NCBI RefSeq assembly: GCF_900542875.1
Contig: NZ_UQPH01000002.1
Strand: one strand, 5' to 3'
DNA: 64,000 nucleotides
From: an uncultured Eubacterium sp.
GTDB taxonomy: Bacteria; Bacillota; Clostridia; Oscillospirales; Acutalibacteraceae
Numbering within the stretch: the stretch's first letter is position 1; every line of letters starts with the position of its first letter. Under the pieces are notes generated by a model, which was not told the origin of the DNA, ran no database searches, and was given only the letters and a program-made list of their open reading frames with translations. The position numbers and the translations under genes are program-made. Of the stretch, positions 10,148 through 20,048 are shown in pieces.

Positions 10148-10861
10148 TCAGTCCTCCTTTTTGTGAAGAATTTCGTCCTCCGGATTATATACCTTATATC
10201 CCGGATGTCTGCCTGTAACTCTGTAATAGCCTCTGAGGTCGATAAGTTTTTGAATGTTCTCGGGGCTGATGTCGTGGCTTCCGCCGAGAATTACTGCGTT
10301 AATTGTAATTTTTGCCCAAAGTTCGAGGCTCTCCATTCTGTAAAAAGCGGTGATAACATCGCTGCCTACTGCGAGTGCGCCGTGGTTTTCGAGGAGCATT
10401 ACATCGTGCTCTTCAAGGTACGGTTCAATAGCGTTGGGAACTTCAACTGTTGACGGAGTACCGTACGGAGTAAGCGGAACGCTTCCGATTACGGCAACGT
10501 CTTCTATCATATTATACATATCCATTGCCTTGTGAGCCACAGCGAAGCCTGTTGCTCCCGGCGGGTGTGCGTGGATAACGCTGAATACATCCGGTCTTTT
10601 CTCGTAGCATTTGAGGTGCATTTTGATTTCGCTCGACGGACGGTAGCCCTCGGCAGCCTCCAAAACATTGCCTTCTGAGTCGATGAGAATAAGTTTTTCG
10701 GGTGTGATGAATGATTTGCTGATTCCCGTAGGTGTTGCGAGGATGTTTCCGTCCTCAAGTTTTACGCTGACGTTTCCGTCATTTGCCGCAACCCAGCCGA
10801 GTTGCCACATTTTATGGCAGACATCGCAGATTTGCGCCTTTACTTCATTAATGTCTTGCAT
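10148..10861 (-). CDS. fucA: L-fuculose-phosphate aldolase (class II aldolase)
   Basis: NDGNVSVK...LATPTGI, PSSEIKMHL, HAHPP and ENHG motifs match FucA. Length ~237 aa. Confidence 0.8.
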   Translation of the reverse strand: MQDINEVKAQICDVCHKMWQLGWVAANDGNVSVKLEDGNILATPTGISKSFITPEKLILIDSEGNVLEAAEGYRPSSEIKMHLKCYEKRPDVFSVIHAHPPGATGFAVAHKAMDMYNMIEDVAVIGSVPLTPYGTPSTVEVPNAIEPYLEEHDVMLLENHGALAVGSDVITAFYRMESLELWAKITINAVILGGSHDISPENIQKLIDLRGYYRVTGRHPGYKVYNPEDEILHKKED

Positions 10862-10966
10862 GGTAAACCTCCTGAATTAAACTGTTGACTGACAGTTATT
10901 TTTATTTTATAATTGTATTATATTTAATTATAAGATAACTTTCTTGGTGGATATAGCCAAAATAAT

Positions 10967-11839
10967 ATGACAATATTCACTTTTTCGGTGACTTTAATGA
11001 ATTACAGTAATTTATACGAAAGCAAAAAGAGGGGAACTTTTGATTTTCCGATTGAACTTTATTATGTAGACTCTCTTACTCCGAGGTATGAGATGCCGCT
11101 TCACTGGCATTTGGAGTACGAACTTATCACGGTGCTCAGAGGCAGTTTTGAACTTTCTCTCGACGGCGAAAAGACTGTGATGTACCCGGGCGATTGCGCT
11201 TTTATCAACGGCGGAGTGGTGCACGGAGGAATACCCGACGGCTGCATATACGAATGTCTTGTATTTGATTTGCAGGCGTTTTTGCATAATATGCCGGTGC
11301 GTTCAAAGAGTCTTGCCGCATTTTTGTCCGACACTTCGGGTATAACAGGGGTGTATAAAAGCGGCAGCGTTACCGCTCAAACCGTGGATAAAATCTTTGA
11401 CTCCATGGAATGCGAACGCAGGGGCTACGAACTTGTTACCGTCGGGCTTATGTGGCAACTTCTCGGTGAATTCGCTTCGTCCTCGGCTCAAAATGTTTCG
11501 GGCACAAAAAGTACCGACCAAATTTCACGGCTGAAAAATGTTCTCTCCTTTATTCATAAAAACATAGACCGCCATATTTCTCTTGACGAACTCGCCGAGA
11601 CGGCGGGTATGTCGCCTAAATATTTTTGCAGGGTGTTTAAGGATTTGACCGGAAAGCGACCGATAGAATATCTTAATTATTACCGAATAGAATCGGCGTG
11701 CGAAATGCTTACCCTGACAGACGAATCGGTTACGGAAATCGCTATGAACTGCGGTTTTGACGATATGAGTTATTTTTCAAAAACCTTTGCACGCTATAAG
11801 GGATTGAGCCCTAACAAATTCAGAAAGCAAAATAACTGA
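10967..11839 (+). CDS. AraC-family transcriptional regulator (cupin sensor domain plus C-terminal HTH), divergent from the fuc operon
   Basis: N-terminal cupin-like region and C-terminal AraC-type HTH (YFCRVFKDLTGKRPIEYLNYYRIESACEMLTLTD...SVTEIAMNCGFDDMSYFSKTFARYKGLSP). Confidence 0.8.
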   Translation: MTIFTFSVTLMNYSNLYESKKRGTFDFPIELYYVDSLTPRYEMPLHWHLEYELITVLRGSFELSLDGEKTVMYPGDCAFINGGVVHGGIPDGCIYECLVFDLQAFLHNMPVRSKSLAAFLSDTSGITGVYKSGSVTAQTVDKIFDSMECERRGYELVTVGLMWQLLGEFASSSAQNVSGTKSTDQISRLKNVLSFIHKNIDRHISLDELAETAGMSPKYFCRVFKDLTGKRPIEYLNYYRIESACEMLTLTDESVTEIAMNCGFDDMSYFSKTFARYKGLSPNKFRKQNN

Positions 11840-11932
11840 TTGACACCGCCGTGCTATTTTATTATACTAGATAAGATAGAGTAAATTTATAAAAATCCGA
11901 ATATATCCTGTTCGGAGAGGAAAGGTAACGCT

Positions 11933-13435
11933 ATGGATAAGAAATATCTTACGCTAAAGGAACGCATTTGCTTTACTGTCGGCGCATTCGGCAGATCGGG
12001 TATTTATACTCTTATGTCGATGTTTACTCTCGTTTTCTTCCAAAACGGAGCAGGCTTGACCTTAAAGCAGGGCACAACGATTATTTTAATCGGCAGAATT
12101 TTTGATGCACTTAACGACCCCGTTATGGGTATGATTGTTGACAGAACGAAGTCGAGATGGGGAAAGATGAGACCGTATCTTCTCTTTTCTCCGATACCCA
12201 TTGCGATAAGTACGATACTTTTATTTACCGCTCCGTTTGAGGACGGCTCGGGCAAGGCTTTCGTTTGGGCACTTGTTACATACATTCTTTGGGGCGTTTG
12301 TTTTACCGTGCAGGATGTTCCGTTCTGGGGACTCTCATCGGTTATCACTCCGCTTGAAAGCGAGAGAACTTCATTTATTTCAACCGCACGTCTCGGTTCA
12401 ACATTCGGCGGAATTCTCCCGGCTCTCGTTGTTCCGATTTTATATCAGAGCAATATGGGTTACCAAAAGGGATTTTTCATATCGGCTGTTATTTTCGCAT
12501 TCCTCGGCTGCGGACTTTCGATTTTGATATTCTTCGTATCAAAAGAGCGTGTGCCTAAGATGGACCATACTCCGTCGTTTAAGGAAACTTTTGTCGTGCT
12601 CGGCAAGGATAAACTTCTCATCATTGTTATTTTTGCCGCAATTCTCGGCTCGACCATGGTTACCGCAAATCAGTGTGCCGACTATATAGGCAACTATCTT
12701 GTTATTCAAAATCACACCGATTTCAGCCAAATCTTCTCCGCCACGGGTGAACTGCTCGGCGGCGTTGACGCTGCAAAGGCTTATGATTTCTGGATTCCGC
12801 GTGGAACGATAGTAACCACTCTCACCGTTGCAATCGGTGTGGGTATGGTACCTGCAATGGCGATTTTCCCGTTGCTCAGAAAGAAGCTGTCGTTAAAGCA
12901 GATTTATATTTATTCCGCTGTATTCGGACTTGTTGTTCATGCACTTTGCTATGTTGTTTTCTCGAGAGATGTAACGAGCGTAAATATTTATATACTTTGG
13001 GTATTCCTCTTTCTTATGGGCTTGCCGCTGGGAATATATAATGTTATCACCTATGCGCTCATTGCCGATGCGGTTGACTATATGGAGTGGAAAACGGGCG
13101 AGCGTCACGAGGGCGTTTGCTTCTCATTCCAGACCTTCCTTTCAAAGGTTAATGCCGCAGTTGCCACCTTTGTATTCGGTCAGATTCTTGACAGAACAGA
13201 CTTCAAGCCTGTTGATAAATCGCTTGTCGATGTAGCAGGCAGACAGATTTTCTTTGAACAGTCCCATGATACTCAACTTATGCTTTTGGCGCTCGTAACC
13301 ATCGTGCCTGCCGTAGGCTTTTTGCTTACAATAATTCCTATGCTCTTTAACGATTATACCGGAAAGACTAAGGAAAATGCTCAGAAGGAATTGGAAGAAC
13401 AGCGTATCGCAAAGATGCACACTACCGAGTCATAA
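11933..13435 (+). CDS. MFS transporter, glycoside-pentoside-hexuronide (GPH):cation symporter family
   Basis: GPH signature DxxNDPxMGxxVDRTxSRWGKxRPY. ~12 TM helices. Confidence 0.8.
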   Translation: MDKKYLTLKERICFTVGAFGRSGIYTLMSMFTLVFFQNGAGLTLKQGTTIILIGRIFDALNDPVMGMIVDRTKSRWGKMRPYLLFSPIPIAISTILLFTAPFEDGSGKAFVWALVTYILWGVCFTVQDVPFWGLSSVITPLESERTSFISTARLGSTFGGILPALVVPILYQSNMGYQKGFFISAVIFAFLGCGLSILIFFVSKERVPKMDHTPSFKETFVVLGKDKLLIIVIFAAILGSTMVTANQCADYIGNYLVIQNHTDFSQIFSATGELLGGVDAAKAYDFWIPRGTIVTTLTVAIGVGMVPAMAIFPLLRKKLSLKQIYIYSAVFGLVVHALCYVVFSRDVTSVNIYILWVFLFLMGLPLGIYNVITYALIADAVDYMEWKTGERHEGVCFSFQTFLSKVNAAVATFVFGQILDRTDFKPVDKSLVDVAGRQIFFEQSHDTQLMLLALVTIVPAVGFLLTIIPMLFNDYTGKTKENAQKELEEQRIAKMHTTES

Positions 13436-13460
13436 AACAATTTAACAGTATTGATATAAT

Positions 13461-13497
13461 AAAAACGCTTCGGAACAATCGTTCTCGAAGCGTTTTT
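13461..13497. terminator. Bidirectional intrinsic terminator between the GPH gene and the thrH-like gene
   Basis: 11-bp perfect stem aaaacgcttcg/cgaagcgtttt with T/A runs on either side. Confidence 0.65.
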
Positions 13498-13536
13498 GTA
13501 TGTCTTAAATTAATTTTGCTATTTGATAAGAGTTAA

Positions 13537-14136
13537 TTACAATGCCTTTTTGATAGCGGCAAGAAGTTCGTCATATTCTTCATATGCGGGAATGTCGGGG
13601 TAATCTCTCTTTATCGCCTCGGTGGACTTAAAGAGGAAGCCTGCCTTGCTCGCCTGAATCATACCCAAATCGTTGAAACTGTCACCGCTTGCGATTGTGT
13701 CAAATCCGCAGGACTGAAGTGCCTTAACGGTGGTGAGTTTCGACTGGGGGCAACGCATTTTGAAGCCTGTGATTTCTCCGTTTTCGCTGACTTCCAGACT
13801 GTTGCAGAATATTGTCGGCCAATCAAGTTTTTTCATAAGCGGAGCGGCAAACTGCTCAAAGGTGTCGGATAGGATGATTACCTGAGTGATGGTGCGAAGT
13901 TCGTCCAAAAACTCCTTTGCACCCGGCATAAGGTCAATCTTTGCGATTACATCCTGAATTTCCTTTAGTCCGAGACCGTGCTCTTTCAAAATCTTAATTC
14001 TGTAATTCATCAGCTTGTCATAGTCAGGCTCGTCACGGGTGGTGAGTTTAAGTTCCTCGATACCTGTTTCTTTTGCAAAGGCTATCCAAATTTCCGGTAC
14101 GAGAACGCCTTCCATATCTAAGCATACAATATTCAT
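13537..14136 (-). CDS. HAD-family phosphoserine phosphatase / homoserine phosphotransferase, ThrH-like
   Basis: Colinear similarity to Pseudomonas ThrH (IVCLDMEGVLVPEIWIAFAKETGIEELKLTTRDEPDYDKLMNYRIKIL...ILSDTFEQFAAPLMKKL). Confidence 0.75.
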   Translation of the reverse strand: MNIVCLDMEGVLVPEIWIAFAKETGIEELKLTTRDEPDYDKLMNYRIKILKEHGLGLKEIQDVIAKIDLMPGAKEFLDELRTITQVIILSDTFEQFAAPLMKKLDWPTIFCNSLEVSENGEITGFKMRCPQSKLTTVKALQSCGFDTIASGDSFNDLGMIQASKAGFLFKSTEAIKRDYPDIPAYEEYDELLAAIKKAL

Positions 14137-14157
14137 CTGTTTTTCCTCCGAGAGATT

Positions 14158-15243
14158 TTAGTATTTAATAGGGGTTGAATCAAGGTACTTGTTTACCATA
14201 AGTGCTACTTTAAATACGATAGCGTCGTCAAATTCTCTAAGGTCAAGACCCGTCAACTTTTTAATTTTTTCGAGTCTGTAAACGAGAGTGTTACGGTGAA
14301 CAAAAAGTTTTCTCGATGTCTCGGAAACATTAAGATTGTTTTCAAAGAATTTTTGAATTGTAAAGAGAGTTTCCTGGTCGAGCGAATCAATGCTGCCTTT
14401 CTTAAATACTTCCTTTAAGAACATCTCGCAGAGAGTGGTCGGAAGTTGGTAGATAAGTCTTGCGATACCGAGGTTGTCATAATTTATGATAGGACGCTCG
14501 TTGTCGAATACCTTGCCTACTTCCAGAGCAACCTGTGCTTCCTTAAAACTTCGTGCCAGTTCTTTGATACCTGTAATGCAGGTGCCGATACCTACCACAA
14601 CCTTGCAGTAGAACTCGGTTGAAAGAGTGTCGCAGATGGATTGCGCCAGCTTTTCGAGTCCTTTTGAGTCAACATTCGGGCGAACTTCTTTAATCAGCGC
14701 AATGTCGGTTTCGTTAATGTTGATTACGAAATCTTTGGTCTTGTCGGGGAAGAAGTTTTGTATTACATCATATGCGGAAACATCGGTGTGCTCCTCTACA
14801 CGGATGATGAAAACGACTCTCGTAGCATCGTTATTAAAACGAAGTTCACGGGATTTGATATAAATATCACCCGGCAAAATATTGTCGAGGATTACATTTT
14901 TAATGAAATTCGAGCGGTCGAATTTTTCGTCATTGTTCTTTTTTATTTGCTCAAGAGCAACTGCGATAATGGAAACATATCTGCGGCTTGTCTCGTCCGT
15001 GCCGTCAACAAATACGGCATATTCGGGGTGAACAGAGTCACCGAATGCCTTGTAAGTGCAGGTATCAACGCTTACGTGTGCACCCGAAAAAACGCCTGCC
15101 GCAATAACTCCCTTGCGAACATCGCCGATTAATCCGAGTTCACTGCACGAAATTATTGTTCCGCTCTCGTCAACTACTCCTATCGTTCTGTCTGTCGCCT
15201 CACGCATTTGGTTAATTATTCCCTGAAACAATTTGTTAGGCAT
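14158..15243 (-). CDS. CdaR/PucR-family transcriptional regulator (sugar-diacid regulator type)
   Basis: C-terminal PucR-type HTH (ETSRKLFVHRNTLVYRLEKIKKLTGLDL) and central GGDEF-like/CdaR domain architecture. Confidence 0.65.
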   Translation of the reverse strand: MPNKLFQGIINQMREATDRTIGVVDESGTIISCSELGLIGDVRKGVIAAGVFSGAHVSVDTCTYKAFGDSVHPEYAVFVDGTDETSRRYVSIIAVALEQIKKNNDEKFDRSNFIKNVILDNILPGDIYIKSRELRFNNDATRVVFIIRVEEHTDVSAYDVIQNFFPDKTKDFVININETDIALIKEVRPNVDSKGLEKLAQSICDTLSTEFYCKVVVGIGTCITGIKELARSFKEAQVALEVGKVFDNERPIINYDNLGIARLIYQLPTTLCEMFLKEVFKKGSIDSLDQETLFTIQKFFENNLNVSETSRKLFVHRNTLVYRLEKIKKLTGLDLREFDDAIVFKVALMVNKYLDSTPIKY

Positions 15244-15280
15244 ATATACTCCTCCAAGTCAGTGTAAAATAAATTTGCAC

Positions 15281-15332
15281 AAAAAAACATCAAATCTGTT
15301 GTATATATTATACAAGGGATTTGATGTTTTTG
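15281..15332 (-). terminator. Intrinsic terminator of rsuA (minus strand)
   Basis: 14-bp perfect stem aaaaacatcaaatc/gatttgatgttttt with a palindromic loop, followed by a T-run on the minus strand. Confidence 0.65.
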
Positions 15333-15427
15333 CAACCTTTTTGAGATATTTTTTTATAATTTTTGTGCTAATTGCATAATGTAACACATTTTATACTATA
15401 TATTGTGTCGTGAAAAATAGCCGTATA

Positions 15428-16132
15428 CTATTTTGCAACGATTGATTTAAGCTCGTTTTCATCGATATATCTGCATTCGCCCGATTTGAGTGTCTTATCG
15501 AGCGGTAAATTTCCCATCTTTGTACGCTTTAGTTCAACTACGGTTATGCCGTGCTTTTTGAACATTCGCTTAACCTGATGATAAAGTCCCTGCCTGAGAA
15601 CAACTTCGGCAATCGTGCGCTCATCGTTGAGCGGGGTTATTTCCGCTTTGAGCAGTTTTTCACCGCCGAGCGTCATTCCCGACTTAAAATCGTTTATCAC
15701 ATCATCATCAAACGGCTTGTCCAGTTTTGCTGTATAGGTCTTGTCTATATGGTGCGAGGGAGAGAGTATGTCGTGTGCAAAGGCTCCGTCATCGGTAATG
15801 AGCACAAATCCCGTTGTGTCCTTGTCGAGCCTGCCGGCAGGGAAAAGCCCTTTTCTTTTCATCTCATCGGGCAAAAGGTCAATTACGGTTTTGTCGCCCT
15901 TGCTCTCGCTCGCCGAGATAACGCCTTTTGGCTTGTTCATCATAATGTAGACAAAATCTCTGCGTTCTATTTCCTTGCCGCCTGCCGAGATTTTATCGTC
16001 ATCGGAGCACTTAAAATCAACGGATTTGATAACCGCCCCGTTTACGCAGACCTCGCCGTTTTTTATCATCGCCTTTGCCTGCGTGCGTGAAATATTAAGT
16101 TGCTTTGCCGTTATTTTATCAAGTCTTGTCAT
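15428..16132 (-). CDS. rsuA: 16S rRNA pseudouridine synthase (RsuA/RluB family, S4 domain plus catalytic domain)
   Basis: N-terminal S4 RNA-binding domain (RLDKITAKQLNISRTQAKAMIKNGEVCVNG) and the catalytic motif MNKPKGVISA...PAGRLDKDTTGFVLITDDG. Confidence 0.85.
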   Translation of the reverse strand: MTRLDKITAKQLNISRTQAKAMIKNGEVCVNGAVIKSVDFKCSDDDKISAGGKEIERRDFVYIMMNKPKGVISASESKGDKTVIDLLPDEMKRKGLFPAGRLDKDTTGFVLITDDGAFAHDILSPSHHIDKTYTAKLDKPFDDDVINDFKSGMTLGGEKLLKAEITPLNDERTIAEVVLRQGLYHQVKRMFKKHGITVVELKRTKMGNLPLDKTLKSGECRYIDENELKSIVAK

Positions 16133-16592
16133 TAAGTGCCACCAAAAATCCGTTGTCGGCAGAGGTGTCGCATAAATCCGCTCCGATTAAAATTCCGTCA
16201 TAAACTATCAGGTTTGCTATAACATTGTCATTATCTTTATAGTTCGTTATGTTATAGGTATACATAACGGCGGTCTTGCCTTTATAATCGGTTAAATCAA
16301 AGTTCTGCTGTTTTTGGATTTCGTTATATTTGTTGTATACATCGTTAAACTGCTCGGGAATGATTATCTCCTTAGACTCCTCCTTGCTGTCCGTTTTGAG
16401 GTCGAAGGAATTTATGTAGTCCACTCTTTCCTGTGTGGTTGAGCATCTTATTCCCTCGCTTTTGGAGGCGGGCTTTGCCGGGTGGTTCGTTAAAAATGTA
16501 ATCAGCACCACCACAATACCGGTCAAAAGGAGTATAAGCCCGAAAATCTGTTTTGAATTCATCTTAAAAGTAAACATTCGCATTTTTATCAC
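16119..16592 (-). CDS. Hypothetical small membrane-anchored protein (one N-terminal TM helix plus a ~110-aa extracytoplasmic domain)
   Basis: ORF with a hydrophobic segment IFGLILLLTGIVVVLITFL. Sits between rsuA and the PBP gene with a 14-nt overlap with rsuA, so probably co-transcribed. The probable start is the internal MNSKQ (16562). Confidence 0.45.
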   Translation of the reverse strand: MIKMRMFTFKMNSKQIFGLILLLTGIVVVLITFLTNHPAKPASKSEGIRCSTTQERVDYINSFDLKTDSKEESKEIIIPEQFNDVYNKYNEIQKQQNFDLTDYKGKTAVMYTYNITNYKDNDNVIANLIVYDGILIGADLCDTSADNGFLVALNDKT

Positions 16593-16641
16593 CGTTAGAT
16601 TATATGCAAAATGTTTACCTTTAATTACAGTTATAATAATT

Positions 16642-18039
16642 TTATGATTCGGAATTTACCAGAGCATTTAATACTTTTTTTGCTACGGGACCGGCAACCT
16701 GTGAACCCGAGTTTCCGTTTTCTATCGTTACGACAAATGCGTAGGGATGATCGTCGTCGTCCATAAAGCCCGTGAACCACGCAATGTTATGTGCGTCCAC
16801 ATCATCTATCTGTGCCGTACCCGATTTTGCGCAGAGGTTTAATCCCTTGTAATTATATTCGCCGTAATGCTCGGTTACATTGTATCTCATCATCTTTTTC
16901 ATTGTGTCGGCAACTTCCTGCGGCATAAGAGATGATTGGTTGTGCGGCAGAGTGATTTTAAGTGACTTGCCTGTCTGGTTTGCAAGCGATTGAACAAGGT
17001 TGAATGACGGAGCGTTTCCGCCGTTTGCGATAGCCGATACAACCCTCAGCATTGTAACCGGTGCGATTCTTGTATTGCCCTGACCGATACCGGTCCAGCC
17101 TAAGAGGTCGGCACTCATCTTGTTACTTTCGTCATCAAAGATGCCGCTGTAACATCTGATTGCTCCGCTGATTACAACGCTTGAATCTATACCGAGTTCT
17201 TTTGCCGTCTTTGTCAGTTTGTCCTGACCGAGTTCTATTGCTATTTGGGCAAAGGTTGCGTTACATGACTTAGCCAGTGCGTCATTAAAATTAATGTGAC
17301 TGCCGTGGTTTGCGTTGCATTCGATTGCGATACCCTCACTCGGCTGATATTTTCCGTTACAAACCCATGTGCGCTCGTCTATGTCCGATATGTTCTCTAT
17401 TGCACATATTGCGGTTATCAGTTTGAATGTGGAGCCCGGTACATAGGAGGCGTCGGTAAAACGGTTAATGTAAACGCCCTCGTATTTTTCGCTTGTGTCG
17501 AGGTTGTCGGGTACATTTTCAACATCATAACTCGGAGAGGAAACCTCACAGATTATGTCTCCGGTTTTGTAATTTACTATGCCGATTGTGCCCTTTCTGC
17601 CGTTCAGAGCTTCGTATGCGATGTTGTTAATGTCCTTGTCTATGGTAAGGCGCAAATCGTTTCCTTTGCCGTAGCGTTCTATGTTGTATACTCCGAAAAG
17701 GAGATTATATCCCGTAAGCCTTGCGGAATATACGGACTGCACGCCGTTTGATATGAAATTTCTCGGGTCGCCCACAACGTGGAGTGTTGATTTTCTTGTG
17801 GTTTGGTCGTCTGCATAGACTCTTTCGCCGTTCTTTGTTTGAACGAGAGCATCGCCGTCTTTGTCGTAAATCGTACCTGCGCCTATGAGTTCTCCGTCGC
17901 TGTAAACGTGACTGTTAAAGCGTTTCATTACCCATGTGTCGCTGTTGTTTACGAGCGATACGGTCATAAACACAATGCCTACAATAAACGCAAGTGAAAG
18001 AATTAAAAGAAAAATTCCTCTTTTGGTTATCATTTTCAT
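16642..18039 (-). CDS. Class B penicillin-binding protein (transpeptidase, PbpA/FtsI-like)
   Basis: SxxK (STFK), SxN (SCN) and KSG(T) motifs. N-terminal TM anchor. 465 aa. The stop overlaps the upstream SEDS gene. Confidence 0.85.
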   Translation of the reverse strand: MKMITKRGIFLLILSLAFIVGIVFMTVSLVNNSDTWVMKRFNSHVYSDGELIGAGTIYDKDGDALVQTKNGERVYADDQTTRKSTLHVVGDPRNFISNGVQSVYSARLTGYNLLFGVYNIERYGKGNDLRLTIDKDINNIAYEALNGRKGTIGIVNYKTGDIICEVSSPSYDVENVPDNLDTSEKYEGVYINRFTDASYVPGSTFKLITAICAIENISDIDERTWVCNGKYQPSEGIAIECNANHGSHINFNDALAKSCNATFAQIAIELGQDKLTKTAKELGIDSSVVISGAIRCYSGIFDDESNKMSADLLGWTGIGQGNTRIAPVTMLRVVSAIANGGNAPSFNLVQSLANQTGKSLKITLPHNQSSLMPQEVADTMKKMMRYNVTEHYGEYNYKGLNLCAKSGTAQIDDVDAHNIAWFTGFMDDDDHPYAFVVTIENGNSGSQVAGPVAKKVLNALVNSES

Positions 18040-19298
18040 TTCTTCTTTGCACCTCCGAGATAATTATAGGTACGCACATCCGACGCCTTGATAAAGGCGA
18101 GCACCATCCAGCACGAAATCATACTCGAGCCGCCCTGACTGATGAACGGAAGCGTAACGCCCGTAAGCGGAAGAATGTCGGTAATACCGAAAATATTCAG
18201 CGCCGTTTGAAACAGGAGCATTCCTGCCGCCGCAATGGAGGCGATTGAGTAGAAAGTGCTGCGTGCGGCTATGCTGTTTACAAGTGCGGAAATGGCTATG
18301 CATACAAAACTGAGCACTACTATAATGCCGAAAATATAGCCCCATTCCTCACAGATAACGCCGAAGATAAGGTCGTTTGTACTTTCGCCGATATAACGAA
18401 TGTTGCCGTTTCCTATTCCGAGACCGAGCAGACCGCCGCTTGCCATTCCGACAAGAACCCTCGTTTGCTGATAGCCCGAGTTGTTGAAATTGTCAGCCTC
18501 CCAAATGTGACGGTATACGGCAAATCTGCGTGCAACATAACTTTTGTATTTGAGCACGATTGCGCCGCCCATTACCGCAGACGCAACGGCGAGCACAACG
18601 GTTTTTATGTCGCCTGAGTTCATAAATGCGAGAATGAGAAATGTAACAAAGAATATGAGCGCAGTGCCCAAGTCCTTTATTATAATCAGTGAGCCGACCA
18701 CTGCCATGGAAAAGGCAATGAAGGCAATAATATTCTTTGAAGTTTGAATTTTTTCCAGCGTTGCCGAGCCGACAAAGATGAATGCTATTTTTACGAATTC
18801 GCTCGGTTGAACGGTAAAGCCGCCTATTTCAATCCAGTTTCTTGCGCCCATATGAGTTTTTGCTATGAGAAGATTTACGGCAAGAAGCAGCAGTGCACCG
18901 ACGGCTACGAATATTCTTATCTTCATACAGAAATCCGTATGTCCCATAAGAAATACCATAAATATGAAACCTAGCAGTCCTGCGAGCAGCATAATGTACT
19001 GCTTGAGTCCCTGGGAGGCATTTTGACTTCCTACTGCTACTATGCCCACTCCGCTCAGAAAGAACGCTATTATTTCAAGCTCAAAGTTTCTTCTGTGATA
19101 TGCGTTGTAAAAAAATATGAGATATGCCCATTCGGTTACTATTAGGAGCAGTATTGCTATGAGTACCTTTGGCTGAAATTCGTCCTTGCAGTTTGCGCCG
19201 ACAAAGCCGGTCACAAGCTGAAATACGGAGAGAAAAGCCATCAGTGCAAAGTTATTTATAGGTTTTACTTTAATACGCTTTTTTGTTTTTTCGCCCAT
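18036..19298 (-). CDS. SEDS-family peptidoglycan glycosyltransferase (FtsW/RodA/SpoVE)
   Basis: C-terminal PLTGVTLPFISQGGSSM signature of FtsW/RodA. ~10 TM helices. Confidence 0.85.
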   Translation of the reverse strand: MGEKTKKRIKVKPINNFALMAFLSVFQLVTGFVGANCKDEFQPKVLIAILLLIVTEWAYLIFFYNAYHRRNFELEIIAFFLSGVGIVAVGSQNASQGLKQYIMLLAGLLGFIFMVFLMGHTDFCMKIRIFVAVGALLLLAVNLLIAKTHMGARNWIEIGGFTVQPSEFVKIAFIFVGSATLEKIQTSKNIIAFIAFSMAVVGSLIIIKDLGTALIFFVTFLILAFMNSGDIKTVVLAVASAVMGGAIVLKYKSYVARRFAVYRHIWEADNFNNSGYQQTRVLVGMASGGLLGLGIGNGNIRYIGESTNDLIFGVICEEWGYIFGIIVVLSFVCIAISALVNSIAARSTFYSIASIAAAGMLLFQTALNIFGITDILPLTGVTLPFISQGGSSMISCWMVLAFIKASDVRTYNYLGGAKKK

Positions 19299-19313
19299 TG
19301 CTTTTTCTCCTTT

Positions 19314-20048
19314 TTATTTTTCGTAGAAGATGAACACCTTGTCGCCGAAGGTGAGCATATCCTCGTCAAAGATAAGTTGCGGCTCGTTTATATATCTGCC
19401 GTTTAACTTTGTTCCGTTGTGGCTGTCCAAATCCGCAATCGCCCAGCCCTTTGTGGTTTGGTAAATTCTTGCGTGGTGCGAACTTACCGTCTGCGACATG
19501 ATCTGTATGTCTGCGTCGTTTCCTCTGCCGATGAGCACATCCTGCTTTTTGAGGTAAACGGGTCGCCTTGTCTTTATGTCAACGAGCACGCCGTATGCAA
19601 TGCCGGAGTTTTGCACTTTGTTTCGTATTTCCTTTTTCGTGCTTGAGGACATTGCCTCATCGCATATAAATTTCATCGGTATGTTTCCTATGGTGATAAT
19701 GTCCTCGTTTTCTATTACTCGGCTGCCGTTAATTTTTTCACCGTTGACGAGAACGCCTATGGTTCTTGCCGAAGTGTCGGTTACCACCCAGTCTTTTCTC
19801 TTTTTTGCTATTACGGCATGAAATCTGCCGACCGTCGTAAAGGGGAGAACTATATCGTTTGCTTTACTCTTTCCGATAGAGGTTTCCCAGTGGGTGATTT
19901 CACTTATTTCTCCGTCGTTTTCGTTAACGAGTTTTGCAAGTTTATGCACTCTCGGTCTGTTTCTGAAGAGTGAGATTATACATGTTGAAAGTATTATAAG
20001 CGCCGCAATCGGTGCGACAAATCTAAGTACGCTGATTATATATACCAT
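19314..20048 (-). CDS. Membrane-anchored protein with two FHA domains (FhaB/FhaA-like)
   Basis: N-terminal TM helix followed by two FHA-type modules (GR..A.I.........D.S.NGT.VNG...). It is the first gene of the FHA-SEDS-PBP operon. Confidence 0.7.
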   Translation of the reverse strand: MVYIISVLRFVAPIAALIILSTCIISLFRNRPRVHKLAKLVNENDGEISEITHWETSIGKSKANDIVLPFTTVGRFHAVIAKKRKDWVVTDTSARTIGVLVNGEKINGSRVIENEDIITIGNIPMKFICDEAMSSSTKKEIRNKVQNSGIAYGVLVDIKTRRPVYLKKQDVLIGRGNDADIQIMSQTVSSHHARIYQTTKGWAIADLDSHNGTKLNGRYINEPQLIFDEDMLTFGDKVFIFYEK

